DNA of 64,000 nucleotides from Fimicolochytrium jonesii (taxonomy: Eukaryota): contig NW_026515668.1 in the NCBI RefSeq assembly GCF_025526975.1, positions 2,170,001 through 2,234,000 of the forward strand, given 5' to 3'. Every line of letters starts with the position of its first letter. Position 1 is the stretch's first letter. This document shows, piece by piece, positions 25,445-39,319 of this stretch. Made by a program: the position numbers and the translations under genes. Under the pieces are notes generated by a model, which was not told the origin of the DNA, searched no databases, and saw only the letters and a program-made list of their open reading frames with translations.

Positions 25445-27664
25445 TCAGAACTTGAAATTCTTGCTCTTATCCTTCCCCTTCGCCTTATCATCCTTCTTCG
25501 CCCTCTTCGCCTGCCTCGACGCATGATCAGCAACCATATCGGAGAAATCTTCTTGGTTGGCCTTGGACACGTCCAGCTGCTGCTCGTATTTCTTGCGTAG
25601 CGTCGATTCGTCCAGGCCGGATTCGAGGTCTTCGGGGTTGAGCGCCAGGTCGATGCCGGCGGCGCCTGGGCCGGCTTTGCGTTTTTGGCCACGGCCTTCG
25701 GTGGGAGGAGGTGGCGGTGGGGAGTTGCTTGGGCCCGCGGCGGAAAGGTCGTAGCCGTGCTGGCTTCCCATGAAGCCCTTGATGGCTGTTTGTCGTTCTG
25801 GCACGACTGTGTACAGCTGCTTGGGCTCGTTACTGTGATGTGAAAAATGTAAGATTGATGAATGCGCTGGACATTCGCAGCCCAAATCACAAAGCGCTCG
25901 TACCTTCTGCCATCCTTCCTGAGTTCAATATAGTCAGGCGTCTCCAATCCGCTTGGTACACTGCTGATGCCACTGGGAGTGACGAGTCCGCTCTCGGTGG
26001 CAGTGTCATCCTCTTCCTCCTCGTCTTCTTGCTCTCCCTCGTCGGTCTCTTCAGCGTATTCCTCCTCTTCCTCCTCTTCCAATTCTCCCCAACGCGATCG
26101 CTCAATCGGCGCGACGTGCTGTTCAGATTCAAAGAGCAATTTAGCCATTGCGGCGCAAGCAAAAAAACGCAAAACCGCAGGCTCACCTCGGTCGGGACCT
26201 CTTGAGCCATTGTACCGAACACATCCCCATATAGTGGACGCCCATACTCATCCACAGGTGGCTTTCCCCACCCTCCTGGATGGTATCCCCATTGCGCTCC
26301 TTCTGGAATTGGCGCGTTCAACCCCGCGACTTTGAGTTGCGGATAGCTCGGTGGAGGTCCGTAACGCTGCATGTTGATGAGCCATGGTGGAGGGGCTAAT
26401 GGAGGCATGTTCAGAGCCGCTTTGAGCTCTTCGGAGAGTTGACCCGGTTTCTTCGCTTTGAGTTTCGTCTCGAATTCTTTGCCTTCGTAGTACCTAGTTT
26501 TGCATCGCGTCAGTGCCCTGTTCATGAAGAGGTTTGAGAATCAATAAGCAGCACTTACACATCACCATGTATGGTAAACTTTGGCTTTGTTTGCCATCGG
26601 AAGAATGCATCGTGCAACTTCTGATAGTCGATATCCAGCTTCCCCATTTTCGGTTGATGTCGTTCTCGGGTCTTCGACTTTAGTTTTGAAGCATCCTCCT
26701 TATCCTTCACTGCTGATCGCATCTCCATGATGCCAGTCGCTTTGATGAAGTCTGATGGAACACAAAATTGTCGTCAGCAAAGCGAATGTCTCTAACCCGC
26801 CACAACACACTACACCAACCTGGAAGCTCAAACGGTGCCTTCTCGATACCACGCTTCCCTTGCAGGTATTTCCGCTTTTGTTGCCAATGTACGGGCACAG
26901 GGACGCTATTCCGGTAGGATTTGAGGTGCACCAGGAGCTTCGGATCTGCTGCGGAAACGTCGACCCACTGACAAAAAGGAATGAGTTTTTGCCCTACGCC
27001 AGTCTGCCGTAAAAGCACCCTGAAAGCTTACATCGACTACTTCTGGTTTCCGCACTAGTTGCTTCAATTCCGCAACTGTAAGGCGATTCAGCTTTCGCAT
27101 CTTCTTCCTTGATAACTTATCGCCTCCTTTCCCATCCTCATCGTCATCGGAGCTATCACTAGCATTCCCATCTTTCGCGTTGCTTTCATCCTCCTCTTCA
27201 TTATCTTCGGTTTCCGCTTCTGGCTTCTTCTCCTCTCCCTCCTGCACCACTGGAGCCACAAATTTCTCAAACACCCGCGTATATTCTTCGTAGGCCGGGT
27301 CTTCCGTTTGGGGAAGAGGGGCCGCCACGTATTCGATCTCCACGTTAGGTACAACCTCGTCAGGTTTTGCATCCGTTCCAGATTCACTAGGGGTCGCCTC
27401 TCCGTTCGCTACTGGTCCAGCGTTTTTCTTCTTTTTCCGTCTTTGCTTTTTGTTCTCCCCTCCCTTATTGCTTCCGTTCGATGCCTTTCCATTGACTTGA
27501 GCGCCGGTTGCCGTAATTCCGTTGGATTGGCTGGCCAGATGCCTCGCTATCCGGTCCAGTAAGGTTGATCGCGGACCGACCGGATCAAGGTTTAGCTTTT
27601 CGATGTGAGAGCGTAACTCATCGTCGCTGAGGGCTTTGTAGTTTGCCCCTGCTACAAGCGCCAT
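25445..27664 (-). CDS. SF3B2: Splicing factor 3B subunit 2 (SAP145/Cus1), multi-exon
   Basis: RLTVAELKQLVRKPEVV, DPKLLVHLKSYRNSVPVPVHWQQKRKYLQGKRGIEK, PPPWLINMQRYGPPPSYP and GYHPGGWGKPPVDE, ending KNFKF*. N-terminal SAP-like motif. Confidence 0.96.
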
Positions 27665-28576
27665 TATGGGATATATGGATTTGTACGAAAAGACGCTTGT
27701 TAAGGAGCTCTGCCAGAAAGTGGTGCCCACCACGTTCACTGGGAAAACCGTTCTTCGAGGAAACTAAACAAGGCGATAGACGTCTCTCTTATATGGTTCG
27801 CAGATAGGCATCAAGATCGCCTGCGACGACACAAGCGCAACAGTATGCGAGACAGCGCTTTGACTTTGGCTTCCCTTGAGCCGACGATGCAGATTTAGAG
27901 AGGGTGATGATCACAATGGCCAGGTGAGGTTCAAGGTCTGGACCAATTCCGGAATGCATTCTTGCGCCTGGTCACGTGCGCTCACGGAAGTAAACCTTTT
28001 ATGTCAAGAGTCTTTTGTCGGATGAGTCCCACGGGGGCGCGGCTTAGCAGGCTACCAGGTGCCAGAAAGCGGGTATAGCTTTGCTCCCTCGGGTATCTGG
28101 GTCGCCTTCCTCGTTGGCCGCCGCTTGCATTGGGACTTCTGAGCTTGCAACTCCCCCCCAGAAACCCATCCCATCGCATTCCAAACACACCATCTTGGAA
28201 ACGCACAGCGTCTTTTCGCTGGTACTTCCCAACGGCTCTCGTTTGTAGAAGGCCTTTTTCGCCGCTCTGGGAGCTGAACAGTCAGCGAAACGTTCAAAGG
28301 ACGGACACGTTGCCGCATTTGACTCCAGTTTAGGTTCTGGGAACGCAGACGCGCCTCAAAGGCACACGATCGCCAAACTGCGAACCAACCGCAATTAGAC
28401 TTCCGGCTTGCGCCGACTTGAAGGCGACGGCATCCTGTATTCCCTTCGAACGTTCCGTATTTCACTCTTCGGCCGGGTGTTTTCCCACGCAATACGGAGT
28501 TGTTTGGACAGGCGCCGTGACTGCTGAAGACCATAGAGATTTACGAAGTTCAATTTGAAGGAACGCACGGGTCAAC

Positions 28577-31500
28577 ATGTCGATTCAGGCTTACGGGAAA
28601 AAGTTCCCGATCCTATTGCGTACGCCGTCCCCAAGAGGGCAGGTCGAACTGCTGGAGACGATAGGGAAAGGAAACTACGGATATGTGTACAAAGTATGTT
28701 CTGCGGGGCTTTTCAAACTACTGTCCAATGCAAAAGTGTTGAACGTACGACATCTTCACCTCATTCAGGGGAGACTGACGGCCACGAAAGAGATCTCCGC
28801 CGTCAAAGTTGTGTTTCTGAAGGAAGATGAATTACGCGAAACGCTGCTGGAAATGGAGATTCTGAGGGGATGTGACCATCCGAACATAACTCGGTATATG
28901 GGTTGCTTTTTGAAGGGCTTGGACCTTTGGGTATGATTCCTTCCACTTCATTTTACCAGAAACCGCGAAAGGCTTCATCTGCTGACTTTCTTGTCCGACG
29001 CCTTCCACCACTAGATTTGCATGGAGTTCTGTGGTGGTGGCGCCTTGGATTCGATATATAGAGCCATTCGAAAACCGCTGACTGAGGATCAGATTGGATC
29101 GATCCTATACGAGTCCGTAATGGTATCAGCATCAGGCGTCGAGACGTGGCAAAAAATGTCTACAGATTCTGACAAACCATTCACATCCGCAGGGTCTTGA
29201 CTATTTACATACGAAGGTCGCTCTAATTCACCGTGACATCAAAGCCGGAAACGTGTTGTTGACCGAGCAGGGAGAATGCAAGCTTGGTTCGTCAACATGA
29301 TGTGCAACGGTTTGTCCGATATGCTCTGACATCCCTTGCCTTCAGCTGACTTCGGAGTGTCTGCCAAACTGAGCAATGTCGGTGGACGGGCTCGCACGTT
29401 CATTGGAACGCCGTTAGTATCATTGCTGTCTTCCCTTGTGTACACCAACCCCCAGTTTCTCATCCGTATTCGTTTCTCATAGGTACTGGATGGCTCCCGA
29501 GGTCATCATGACAGATCCAGAAAGCGCAACCCATTCCTCCGCCTCTTATGATGCAAAAGCAGATATCTGGTCAATCGGCATCACCGCCATCGAAATTGCG
29601 GAAAAAAATCCGCCATTATCCGATATTCACCCAATGCGAGCTCTCTACTTGATTCCAAACTCAGATCTAGGCCTTGCAAAGCCGAAGAACTGGTCAAAAA
29701 CATTCCAGGATTTCATTGCAGTGTGTTTGATCAAAGACCCGATCAAGAGACCATCGGCTGCTCAGCTACTGCAGCACCCGTTCATGGTCAAAGCGGCAGG
29801 TTTATCCCGGCAGAAGATCCTTGTAGATCTCGTTGGCAAGGTGAAAATCGCAAGAGAAAAGCGGAAAGGCGGACAAGAGGTTCCGGATGATGACGATGAC
29901 GAGGAAGACAAGAAGGAGGAGCTGCCCCCGAAAGCTTTGAGTGATACCATGCGCCAGGCCAAGCAGGCCAAGCAGCAGGTTCAGGCACAGCAGCAGCAGC
30001 AGCAACAACCACAGCCCCCTCAACTGCAACAGGAACCACAATCACAACAACCGGCCAAGACGGCTCCATCGCAGCAGCAGCAGCCGGCACCAGCACAGCT
30101 GCAACCACAACTAGACAAAATCCCTCCTCAGCCGCAACAGCGTCCATCCGTATTGTCCATATCTTCGCAGCAAACAACTCCCGACAGCGCTGCAAGCCCT
30201 ACGGTATGGAAAAGACCTTGGCACAGTACATTTTTGGTTCTCCATTTGGCATCGACATGTAAACTTACATTTCTTTATGGCAGAGCACATTCACGTCGAA
30301 TGTCGCGTCTCTCACCATCTCTCTCAACGACATTCCGCAAATCGTCGAGACGGTCACATCTTCGGAGAATCGGGTGGTCGAGCCTATCGTGATTGGCGGC
30401 TCCGTCAAGATCGACATTCTCACGGCGGATCTGCTGGATCAACGTTATGTCCTCTTGGGAACGGAAAGAGGACTGTTCTTCATCGATGTCACGCAAGGAC
30501 CACAAGGCCAGCAGCCAATGCCTCTCATCAGAAATATTCGGTTCAAGCAGGTCGAAGTCATCGAGGGCTATGGTGTGCTGCTAGCCATTTCCGGAAAACA
30601 CGACCATGTCCGCCAATACAAGCTTTCATCCCTGCGGAAGTTGATCTACTACGTCCAAGGGTTTGGCATCAACTACCAGGGTAAGAACGGAGACTCTCGT
30701 CGGCCGTCGTCTCCTGCTCCGCCTACGATGTTCTCGACCACCAGATCGACCGCGACCGGCGGCTCAGGCGCGTCGAATCTCAGCCACAACCCGTCTACGA
30801 TCTCCTCCATCGGCCGGCCACAGCAAGAAACGATGTCTGTTTTGTCCGGTGGCGAGAACGATGACGATCTGTACCGCGGGCTACATAAGGAGGTCATCGA
30901 GGACGAAGCGTCGTTGGTTGCCCGCTGGGCTAGCGATTACATCAAGATCCCCGCCACGAAGGATTCACGCTCCTTCTTGATCCAGTACACGGAGACCTCC
31001 ATCTTTATGGCCGTCCTTTTCAAGCACGATATCATCCTGTTCGAGTGGGCCAAGGAACCCTACCTCAAGTTCATGAAACTGAAAGCGTTCTGGCTCCCGG
31101 AAACGCCGAAATACTTGTCAGTCCTCCACGACGGTTCGGAAGTGCGCGAGATCTTCTTGGCGTACAGCTCCGAGGCTAACATCGTGAACGCCGACACGTC
31201 CCGGGTTTCCGAAATCGACACTCACCGCGATTTCAAAGAGAAGGCGGGGAAGGGGACTAAAGCGCGATGGCAGACCTTTGTGCAGATTCCCATGTCGGAA
31301 GCTGTCCGACGGGAGATCCGTGAATCGGCGAAGCATGTCACCGTCAACCGTAAGCTGGCCGCTGTCGCCCGGGCGCCTGCCAAGGGTGCCGGTGCGGCTG
31401 TGAAGGGAGACAGATACTTCCTGGGGACGTATCACAGGTTCACACGGCTGGTCGACGCCAATGCGCAGATCATGACCGGGTCCGGCGCTGGTGGATGGAG

Positions 31501-33208
31501 CGCTGGGTTCAGGTGGCGGGAACAGCCGACGGATTTACTGCTGAGACCGGTGGATTTCGTGTACGGTGTTGGGAAAACGGGGGTCGAGATTGTGGATTGG
31601 AAGAGCGCGCGGGTGACGCAGACTTTGGCGCTTGAGCACGACGCGTCGATTCGGCTGTTGAATGGACGGCCTGGGGCGTTCTTTGTGTTTGTAGAGCGGA
31701 AGAAGAGGGGCGGCGCGGTGTTTTGGTTGAAGGAGAGGCCTGGGATAGGGAGGGACCGGAGGCCCTCTGAGCTCTCGATCACATCTGCACCGTCGTCGGG
31801 ACAGACAACTGCAGCCGGGTCTGCGGCGCCCAGCCAACGACAATCGACGGTCGCCCCACCACAGCAAAAGCGCGCAACCTCCATTTCGGATCAGGCCCGC
31901 CCCTCTGTCAACGACATCCAGCAGAAACGCGTCGGATCGATATCCGACCGAGGCATGCAGGAGCAGAAACGCGTGGGATCGATGTCGGAACAGGGAGGGT
32001 CGCCTGAAGCGTCCGCGGTGCGGTCACAGGCGAATGATGCAAGGCGACCCGTACCGGTGGCGGAACAAAGTCCCGCCGGTAGTACTGCCGCTTTACGGCC
32101 CACTGGGATCGATATCAGCGCGGCTCAGGCGCAGAATCAGCAGCTGTTTAACCAGCAGGCTTTGAACGGAGCTGCGTATACGCGGTCACCGGCATCCGGG
32201 CTGTCATCACCTCCCGCGCTTAGCAATCCTAGTTCTCCGTTAACAGGGCCGGGGTATCAGCAACCAAGCCAAGAAGTCACGCAAGCCGGGGCTGCGAAAG
32301 AGGTTGCGGAACGCCGTCCCTCGGCTCGGCAAGGCAGCCAGCATTCGATCGGAGAGAATCGTTCTCGGGGCTCATCCCCGCATCCGGCGCGGGCGGCTTC
32401 GGTAGCTTCCTCGAGCTCGTCCGTGGGGCCGAGGGAGGGAGGAGCTAAAATGCAACGGACACCTTCCGGGTCACCAGGGATGCACCGGCGCGATCACCCG
32501 CAACAACAGCATGGTGGATCGCAAGCAGTACCGCCAATGCCGCATTACCGTCATCAGGTGCCGCCACACCAGCAGCAGTACCAACAGGCGGCTTACCAAC
32601 CCTACCCACTTGCCCACCAATCACAACAAGCGCACCCAACGCATCAACAGTACTATCAGGCCCCGGCGCCTGTCGGAGATCCGCGGTATGCATCCCCGCC
32701 ATTATCCTCGTCTTCCCATTCATTGGATGGGCAAGTCCCGCGAGAAGGATACCAGCAGTATCCGCAGCACCAGCAGCCCCCACAACCGCAGCAAGGGTAC
32801 AGCCGACCCCTCCCCGACCCGCGATATGCGTCGCAAGAGCTGCAACAGCAACAACATCAACAGCACTACCAACATCCACAACAGCAACAGCCCCACCCCT
32901 CCCAATACGCCGACCCGCGCTACGCCCAACCCCAATTCCACCCACAGCAACCCCAACTCCACCCAGCCGCCTATCACCCGCAGCAACAACCCCAACCTTA
33001 CACGCAATACTCGCATCAACAACCACCGCGCGCGTCCTCATTCGGGACCCCGCCACCGTTACGCGCAGGCACGGCGGCCGCGGCTGCGATTAACCCTGCA
33101 CAGTCGCAACAGCAACAGCAAGCACTGTCCCCGAATACGCCAGGTGGCGCGTATTATGAGTATTTTGATCCGACGCAGTCCCCGCAGACGCCGGATGGAA
33201 GGCAGTGA
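28577..33208 (+). CDS. STE20/GCK-family (MAP4K-like) Ser/Thr kinase with CNH domain and Q/P/H-rich tail, multi-exon
   Basis: Kinase motifs [54 protein letters not shown] and [14 protein letters not shown]-like segments [27 protein letters not shown] and [15 protein letters not shown]. Confidence 0.9.
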
Positions 33209-33667
33209 GGGTGTGGGATGCGTGGGTGGGGTGCGAGATCCACCCCGGCATTTCCGAGTTGATGGAGGGCGGACTTCGATTAGTCAGCGTCGGTTGGGGA
33301 CTAGGTCTGAAGGATGGGAGGCAACGTGTACATGGGAAGTCCTGGGATTAGAAGTCCACTTGAGGACTATGATATTGTATCATTCTATTTGCTATTGGCA
33401 ACCAACATTTTTTTACATCAATTTCATCGGTTCTTGAACTTGTGCGTTTTCCTAGATTGGTGTCATATCATGATCTGCTCTGATTGTGCTGTAACAAGCA
33501 ACCGTGGAACCAAATTCGTTTCGTAAGGCTTATATATTTTCAGTTTGATGCCATTGAGGTATGTTAAGCGGAGCATGCGATGTACATATTCCTCGAGCAT
33601 GCTCAGCTTGTAAGAGTTGTGCGTTGGCGCACACATAGATATGCTATATACATTCCCGTGACCCAAA

Positions 33668-35109
33668 TCAATACTTCTTCCCCGGCAACTTCACACCTGG
33701 CGGCTTCGGCTTGATATCGGCCGGATTCAACGAATGCAGCATGATCGCCACCTTACTCCCCTGTTTGTGCTCCTCATGCCCCTTAGACCAGTCGTATCCC
33801 GTCGCGTATGAAAAGATGGTTCCGTCAAAGTTGAAGCTGGACGCGGTGATGGCCGAGCCAACTGTAGGGAAGTTCTTGAGGCGTGACTTGGCGTCCTTGT
33901 CCCAGAAAGCTATTGTTCCATCGGCGCCGCAGGTTGCAAAGGTTCCGTAGACGGGATGGAAGGAGATGGAGTTGACGGCGTAAGTTTCTTTTTCGGTTCG
34001 GTGGCAGCGGAAGGAGAAGGAGCGTTGGGGTGGTGGTGGTGGCCTTCAGAAGAACAGAACGCTGTTAGAGGGGACTTCTCGCGTGATTGAACCGCGACGG
34101 GGTTGAAACTCACTTCGAGCCGTCTTCAAGCCATTGTAATTGACATCTTCCTTCGATGCTTCCAAAGCAAAAGCCCATCTCTGCTTGATCCGTGCTAGGG
34201 AAGCAGGCAAGAGTGCGTGTTTGCCATTTGAGAATAGGCGGCATCACCTGTGATTGCATCGACAGTATTCGTGAGAAAGGGAATCGAACTGAGCTCTGCC
34301 GGGACTGGCGACCAATTACCTTATATGGCTGGCCTAAATTTGATGTGCTGAAAATGAGCATGTTGCGATCTGCTGTGCCCACTACCAACATCGGCCCGTA
34401 GGCATCCATAGCATAACACCGTTCCGGCAGTGGAAACGTGTGGACCGGTGTTGGCTGCCTCAAATCCCAAAACTAGATGTGTCGCGACTTGTGTTAGCCC
34501 GGTCCTGCCATGGAAACTATGTAACATGTGTGGGAAACGTACCCTCAGCGTCTTATCCCAACTTCCAGTTACAGCAATTGTTGATCCTTGAAACTCCATA
34601 AATCGACAGCTTTTGATTGGTGCATCGTGCGATGCAACCTGCATCGTTTGCCCTGTTGTAATGTCCATCATCCGGCCCGCTTTGTCGCATCCTCCTGACA
34701 ACAGCTTGGTTCCATCCTATGATACCCAAACACGCCTAATGAATATCCGCTTCGAAACAAGCTCCATCAAGCTTCCTTCCACAAAAATGGCCACTAACCG
34801 CAGACCAATCCACGCACAACGCCGGGGCCTCATGCTGGATGGCAGCTTTAGGTATGCTCTGCCCATTCGAGGAGATCTCCCAGATACGAGTTTGGTTATC
34901 CCAGGAGGATGCCGCTAGCAAGTTCGCCCGCGGTGAGAATCTCAGTTCCGATACTGTGTCTCCAGGTGGTTGAGATATCTAGAGCAGTGGGCCGATATCT
35001 TAGCCTATAGGTGTCCGGAGAAGTCCAACAGTCAGGTATCGCTGATAAGGTCCCATACCTCTACATCCTTCTGAGCGACGGGCGCCCCTAGGGAGCCGAA
35101 GGCACTCAT
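33668..35109 (-). CDS. RAE1: mRNA export factor Rae1/Gle2 (WD40), multi-exon
   Basis: LAASSWDNQTRIW, VASHDAPIKS, VTGSWDKTL, LPERCYAMD, GSIEGRC, SFSFRCHR, FHPVYGTFATCGADG, WDKDAKSRL and YDWSKGH. Confidence 0.95.
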
Positions 35110-36328
35110 TATGAGCCCTAAGTCTAAAGGTCACTGTTTCGTTGCCTGCTTTGCGGTTTTGGAGTGTCAGAGATGATCATCGGCTTGCCGGCAAACACAA
35201 TGAAAAGCACCAAACAAAAACGTTGACCACTCACCGTTTCAACGTCAGACAAAGCTCAAAAGAGCCTGAGAGTTGTGTTGTTTGCACAAATATGGGAGTC
35301 CTTGAGCGGCTGCAAGATTGGGCCCTCCACAACACATACATATGCAATTGGTTGCCCCACATTGAAGCTTTCCTGGAGAACCGTGTCCGAGGTGGTCTCC
35401 AGATTAGAGCACGTGCCTGAATTAAATCAGCTCTTTGGCTGTTCACGCGTCGGAATTGCTTCAACGCGTGAGACCAATGATTTACGAGTAGACTGCCTCG
35501 GGGGCCGATGTCAAGGTGGTGGCATGTCTGCCACTGTCTGGTCTTGATGGTGAAACCACGGTGGTAAGGCCAGACGTTGGTGGCGAGCGTGACACTTTCG
35601 AACACGATTCTCCATCGGCTTCGTACTGCTTTATGGCACAATCGGTGGTTTGAGGGGAGGCAGTGGGGGTTACACCCTTATCATACTGTATATTCCTCAA
35701 CCTATTTTTTGAAGGGATTCTAACAGCATATTCTGCCGTATTACCATATTGCTTACTCATTTGGAGCTCTATAAGCCCTCTTCTCTCATGTGTCGGAGAG
35801 CACCGCTTCCAGAAAACGCTTTCTCTACACGCCTCACATACAGTCCTATTTCACTTGATTGCCTACACTTCGGATCATCAATCCACCTAGACGAGAACAG
35901 CTCGTGGTCGTCTGCGGCCCGAAACAACAAAGTGGACCATTTCTCGGAAGCGGCCATGGTCAATCTGTGAACGGTCGATCCCGGCGGAATACATCCCGGA
36001 GTGTGAGTGTGCCATAGCAGCAACCGAGACAGGCACATCAGCTGCGGTCTATACCGCCGTGTGAACGCTGATGATACCGTGTTCCGGGGTCGCCGCGCGA
36101 GGGGGGATGTCGATAGACAGTTGGACGTCTTGTGCGGTGGGCGGAGAGAGCGCATCGGGAACCAGGTGTCCGACAACGAAGACGTCCCTAAAATTACGTT
36201 AGGGTCAGAAGCATGTTCTTCAGCAAAGGAACGAAGTGAGGGGGACCTGTGCCATCTTACATCAGCTTAATTTGTCTTGAATGCTGACATCCTGCATGCC
36301 GTCTCGACCTCTTTGGCGTTTCCACTCC

Positions 36329-36966
36329 TCACCCCCTCAGTAGATCAACATCCATCGGGCTCGAAGAATCTGGTTTCCGAGCCATATCCACCCTCTTGAA
36401 CTTTCCCCTTAGGGCAGAAGTTCCGATGAACGTCATGTCGATCTCCGCCCGGTTTGGGTCCATTGACATGGGCATAGGACCCTGTGGCGCGCCTGTGGTC
36501 GGGATCCTCCAACGTTAGGTTTATTGTCCGTTGGGTTGTCTATGTGATGAGCTTGCACCATACGTTTAGGCCGGCTCTCATTGGGATTCGACTTCGAGAA
36601 GATCAGATCGGTCCCCAGTGTCCGATCCAAGGATCCTTTGAAGACCATATTGCCTACTCGAAGTATTGGCGTTGGGGTGTCCAAACCCTAATCGCGGAGA
36701 TGTGTGAGTCCCGGCCTGACATGAAGCACCCGCAAAGGACACTTCCACTCACTATAATGGAGAGCCCTTCGTATTTGGTGGCGGCTGCTTGCACCGTTTC
36801 GGCGTCGACTTCGGTTCCGACGTCCAGGACGAGATATTTGGTCTGTGGGGGGCATGTCAGCAGACACTTCTACGGTGATATGCGCCCGGAGACAGTGAAC
36901 GCACCTCTTCCTCCCATTCGTCCTCCTCATCGCTTTCGAGAGTCGTTCCTGCTTTGTGACCACTCA
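36329..36966 (-). CDS. TFIIIC subunit 6-like (triple-barrel domain), multi-exon
   Basis: Acidic N-terminus (ESDEEDEWEEE), TKYLVLDV, GLDTPTPILRVGNMVFKGSLDRTLGTDLIF and a last exon TFIGTSALRGKFKRV. Introns have canonical GT/CTAAC/AG signals. Confidence 0.7.
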
Positions 36967-37215
36967 TCGTAGGGTTTATATTGCTCCCTCTGGCAGCAGC
37001 GAAGTCCTCGAAGCTCACCCCAGTTCCGAGCGACTGCGCCACCCTGCGATCGCCTTGTCCGGCTGTTCGGACAGATGCTCTCTTTTGTTTTCGAAGCACC
37101 TCTGTTCTCCATGTTCTACTCGTCCTTCGTAGCTTGAAATTGGGCCTTTTCACCAGCAAGAAACCCCCAACAACCCATCGAATCACTTTGCAAAGTACAA
37201 CTGAGCTCGTTCGCA

Positions 37216-39319
37216 ATGTCTCCTATCACCTCAACCGACGTCGTCTTCAAACCCCTGGGCGTCGTCGAACAGATCCTCAAAGAAGCACAGTCCTCCACCG
37301 AAACTATCTGCAGTCGCTTCCAACAAGCCCTAGCAACAGAAGGCCTCCTCAAACAAGTCCCATTCCTGACCACAGAGTCAGCGAAAACCCTCTGCAATGG
37401 CCAGTTAGTACGCTTCCGCTGTATGGTGCAGGACAATTCGTTCAACCCCGAAGAGTTCCTGCGGGAAGTGGTCTACAGGGACACAGCTACTGGCGCTGAG
37501 ACCCGGGTGTCGATGCTGTTCAGAGACGCTGTGCCTCATCGAGACGGTTGTACGCTGGTACAACCGGATATGAGATCGTTTGATGCCAGCTGGGTGGGCA
37601 CCAAGCACCCTGTATATTGCGTTTCGATTCCGGCGGAAACGGAGTGGGCTCGGCAGGGTCTGGACGTCAACAATAGCCAGGAGGAGGACTTGGCAGCGAG
37701 GGTCTCGAACGTCACTCTCGACGACAAGATGGGCGAATCCAAGACGCCAGCTAGCGAACAGACACATCCGGTTCTGCACGAATCGCTTCATGCCAAGTTC
37801 CCCATCCCGAAAGACCCCCATGCTATCGCCGCTTTGATCAAAACCTACGGCGATGACCCCCAGTTCCGGTTGAACGATGTCATTGAAGTTGTGGGTGTTC
37901 TGGAGCACGTGCCGGAACCCGATATGACTGAGGCATCTACCGAGGGGCACGGACATCTGGACTTTGAGCTCCCACTAGACACCATCGAGCAACCTGCGTT
38001 TGGGACTATGCCTCGCATTCATGTGGTCTCTCACAGGATGTTGTCGGTGTCCGAAGCAAACCCTGCGGTTTCGAATGGCGATGCAAAGGTGGCCAATGTG
38101 GATGTTGGTGCAATCAGAGAGGCATTGCTTGATGCCCTGAAGCAGATTTTGTTAGGGGATGAATTGGCTGCTGAATACTTGTTGCTGCACCTGTACTCCA
38201 AAATGTAAGTGTGCTGTGAAGCTTACTGTCTGATATGCTGAACCCATTTTCACCGCTTTGATCCTTCCACAGTCAGTATAGAGGCCCTGATGAAACTCCC
38301 ATCGGATACCTTCCTCTCAACATCTGCAACCTACCAAATGCAATCGACTCGAGCAGTTTCGTCGAGAATCTGAGCAACGCATTGTCATCTCTTGTGGCAC
38401 GTTCCCACCGCATTTCCCTGATGTTGAATGAGCTCAATTGCGAGATGTGGATGGTGCCAGAGAAGAACCGGGAAGCGGTCGAGAACTCGGAACCCGCGGG
38501 TAGTGATGGACAGCAAGTGGAGGCGCGCACGCCGGCGGTGGATATTGGGCTTGCAGCAGGACAGTTGCAATTAGCTGATGGAACTTGCGTTCTTGTTGAC
38601 GAGACTGCGCTTCAAGACGGGACTTTGAATGCTCGTGGTAAGTGAATGTTTTCTTTGCGTCGGAAATGTCGTTACAAGAGACTAAAGCCTTAAACCCGTT
38701 GACAGGCCTGACAAACCTCCGACAACTAAAAGAAGTCCTGGAAACCGCCAAACTCCCCTACCTAATCCCCTACGGCTCCGACAACCTCCGCAAAGACGTC
38801 GACTACGGCTTCATCATCGTCAGCCACGGCAAAAGCATGTTTCCCGTCCCATGCACCGTCCCTCTCTCCCCATCCGCATCCCCATCCACGACGACAATCC
38901 CATTCACCCTCCCAGAAAGCGCCCTAACCCAAGCCCGCTTACTCCTCGCCGCCCTCCGCAACGCCCCGACCCCCGCCGCGCCCCACGAGTACGGCGTTAT
39001 TCCCGACACACTCACGGATATCATCATGCGGGATTACGCAGCCTCGCGCGCACCGGACGTACCAGCCCCCGCACAATTCGACCTCGTGCTGCGGTTGGAG
39101 GTGTCGAAATTGATTGCAAGGTCGATGGCGAAGATGCAGGTTGATGAGGCGTGTTGGGTACGGGCGGGCGAGTTGGAGCGAGGGAGGTGCGGGAGGATTG
39201 GGGAGATGAAGAGGGAGTTTGAGGGGAGGAAGAAGGAGAGAGGTGGTGAGGGTGTGGGTGAGAAGAAGAGGGGTGGGCCGGTGGCAAGTGTCGATGTGGA
39301 TGGCAAGCCTGGACGTTGA
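37216..39319 (+). CDS. MCMBP: Mini-chromosome maintenance complex-binding protein, 3 exons
   Basis: GQLVRFRCMVQD, VYCVSIPAETEW, FRLNDVIEVVGVL, LLGDELAAEYLLLHL, GLAAGQLQLADGTCVLVDET and GKSMFPV. Confidence 0.92.
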
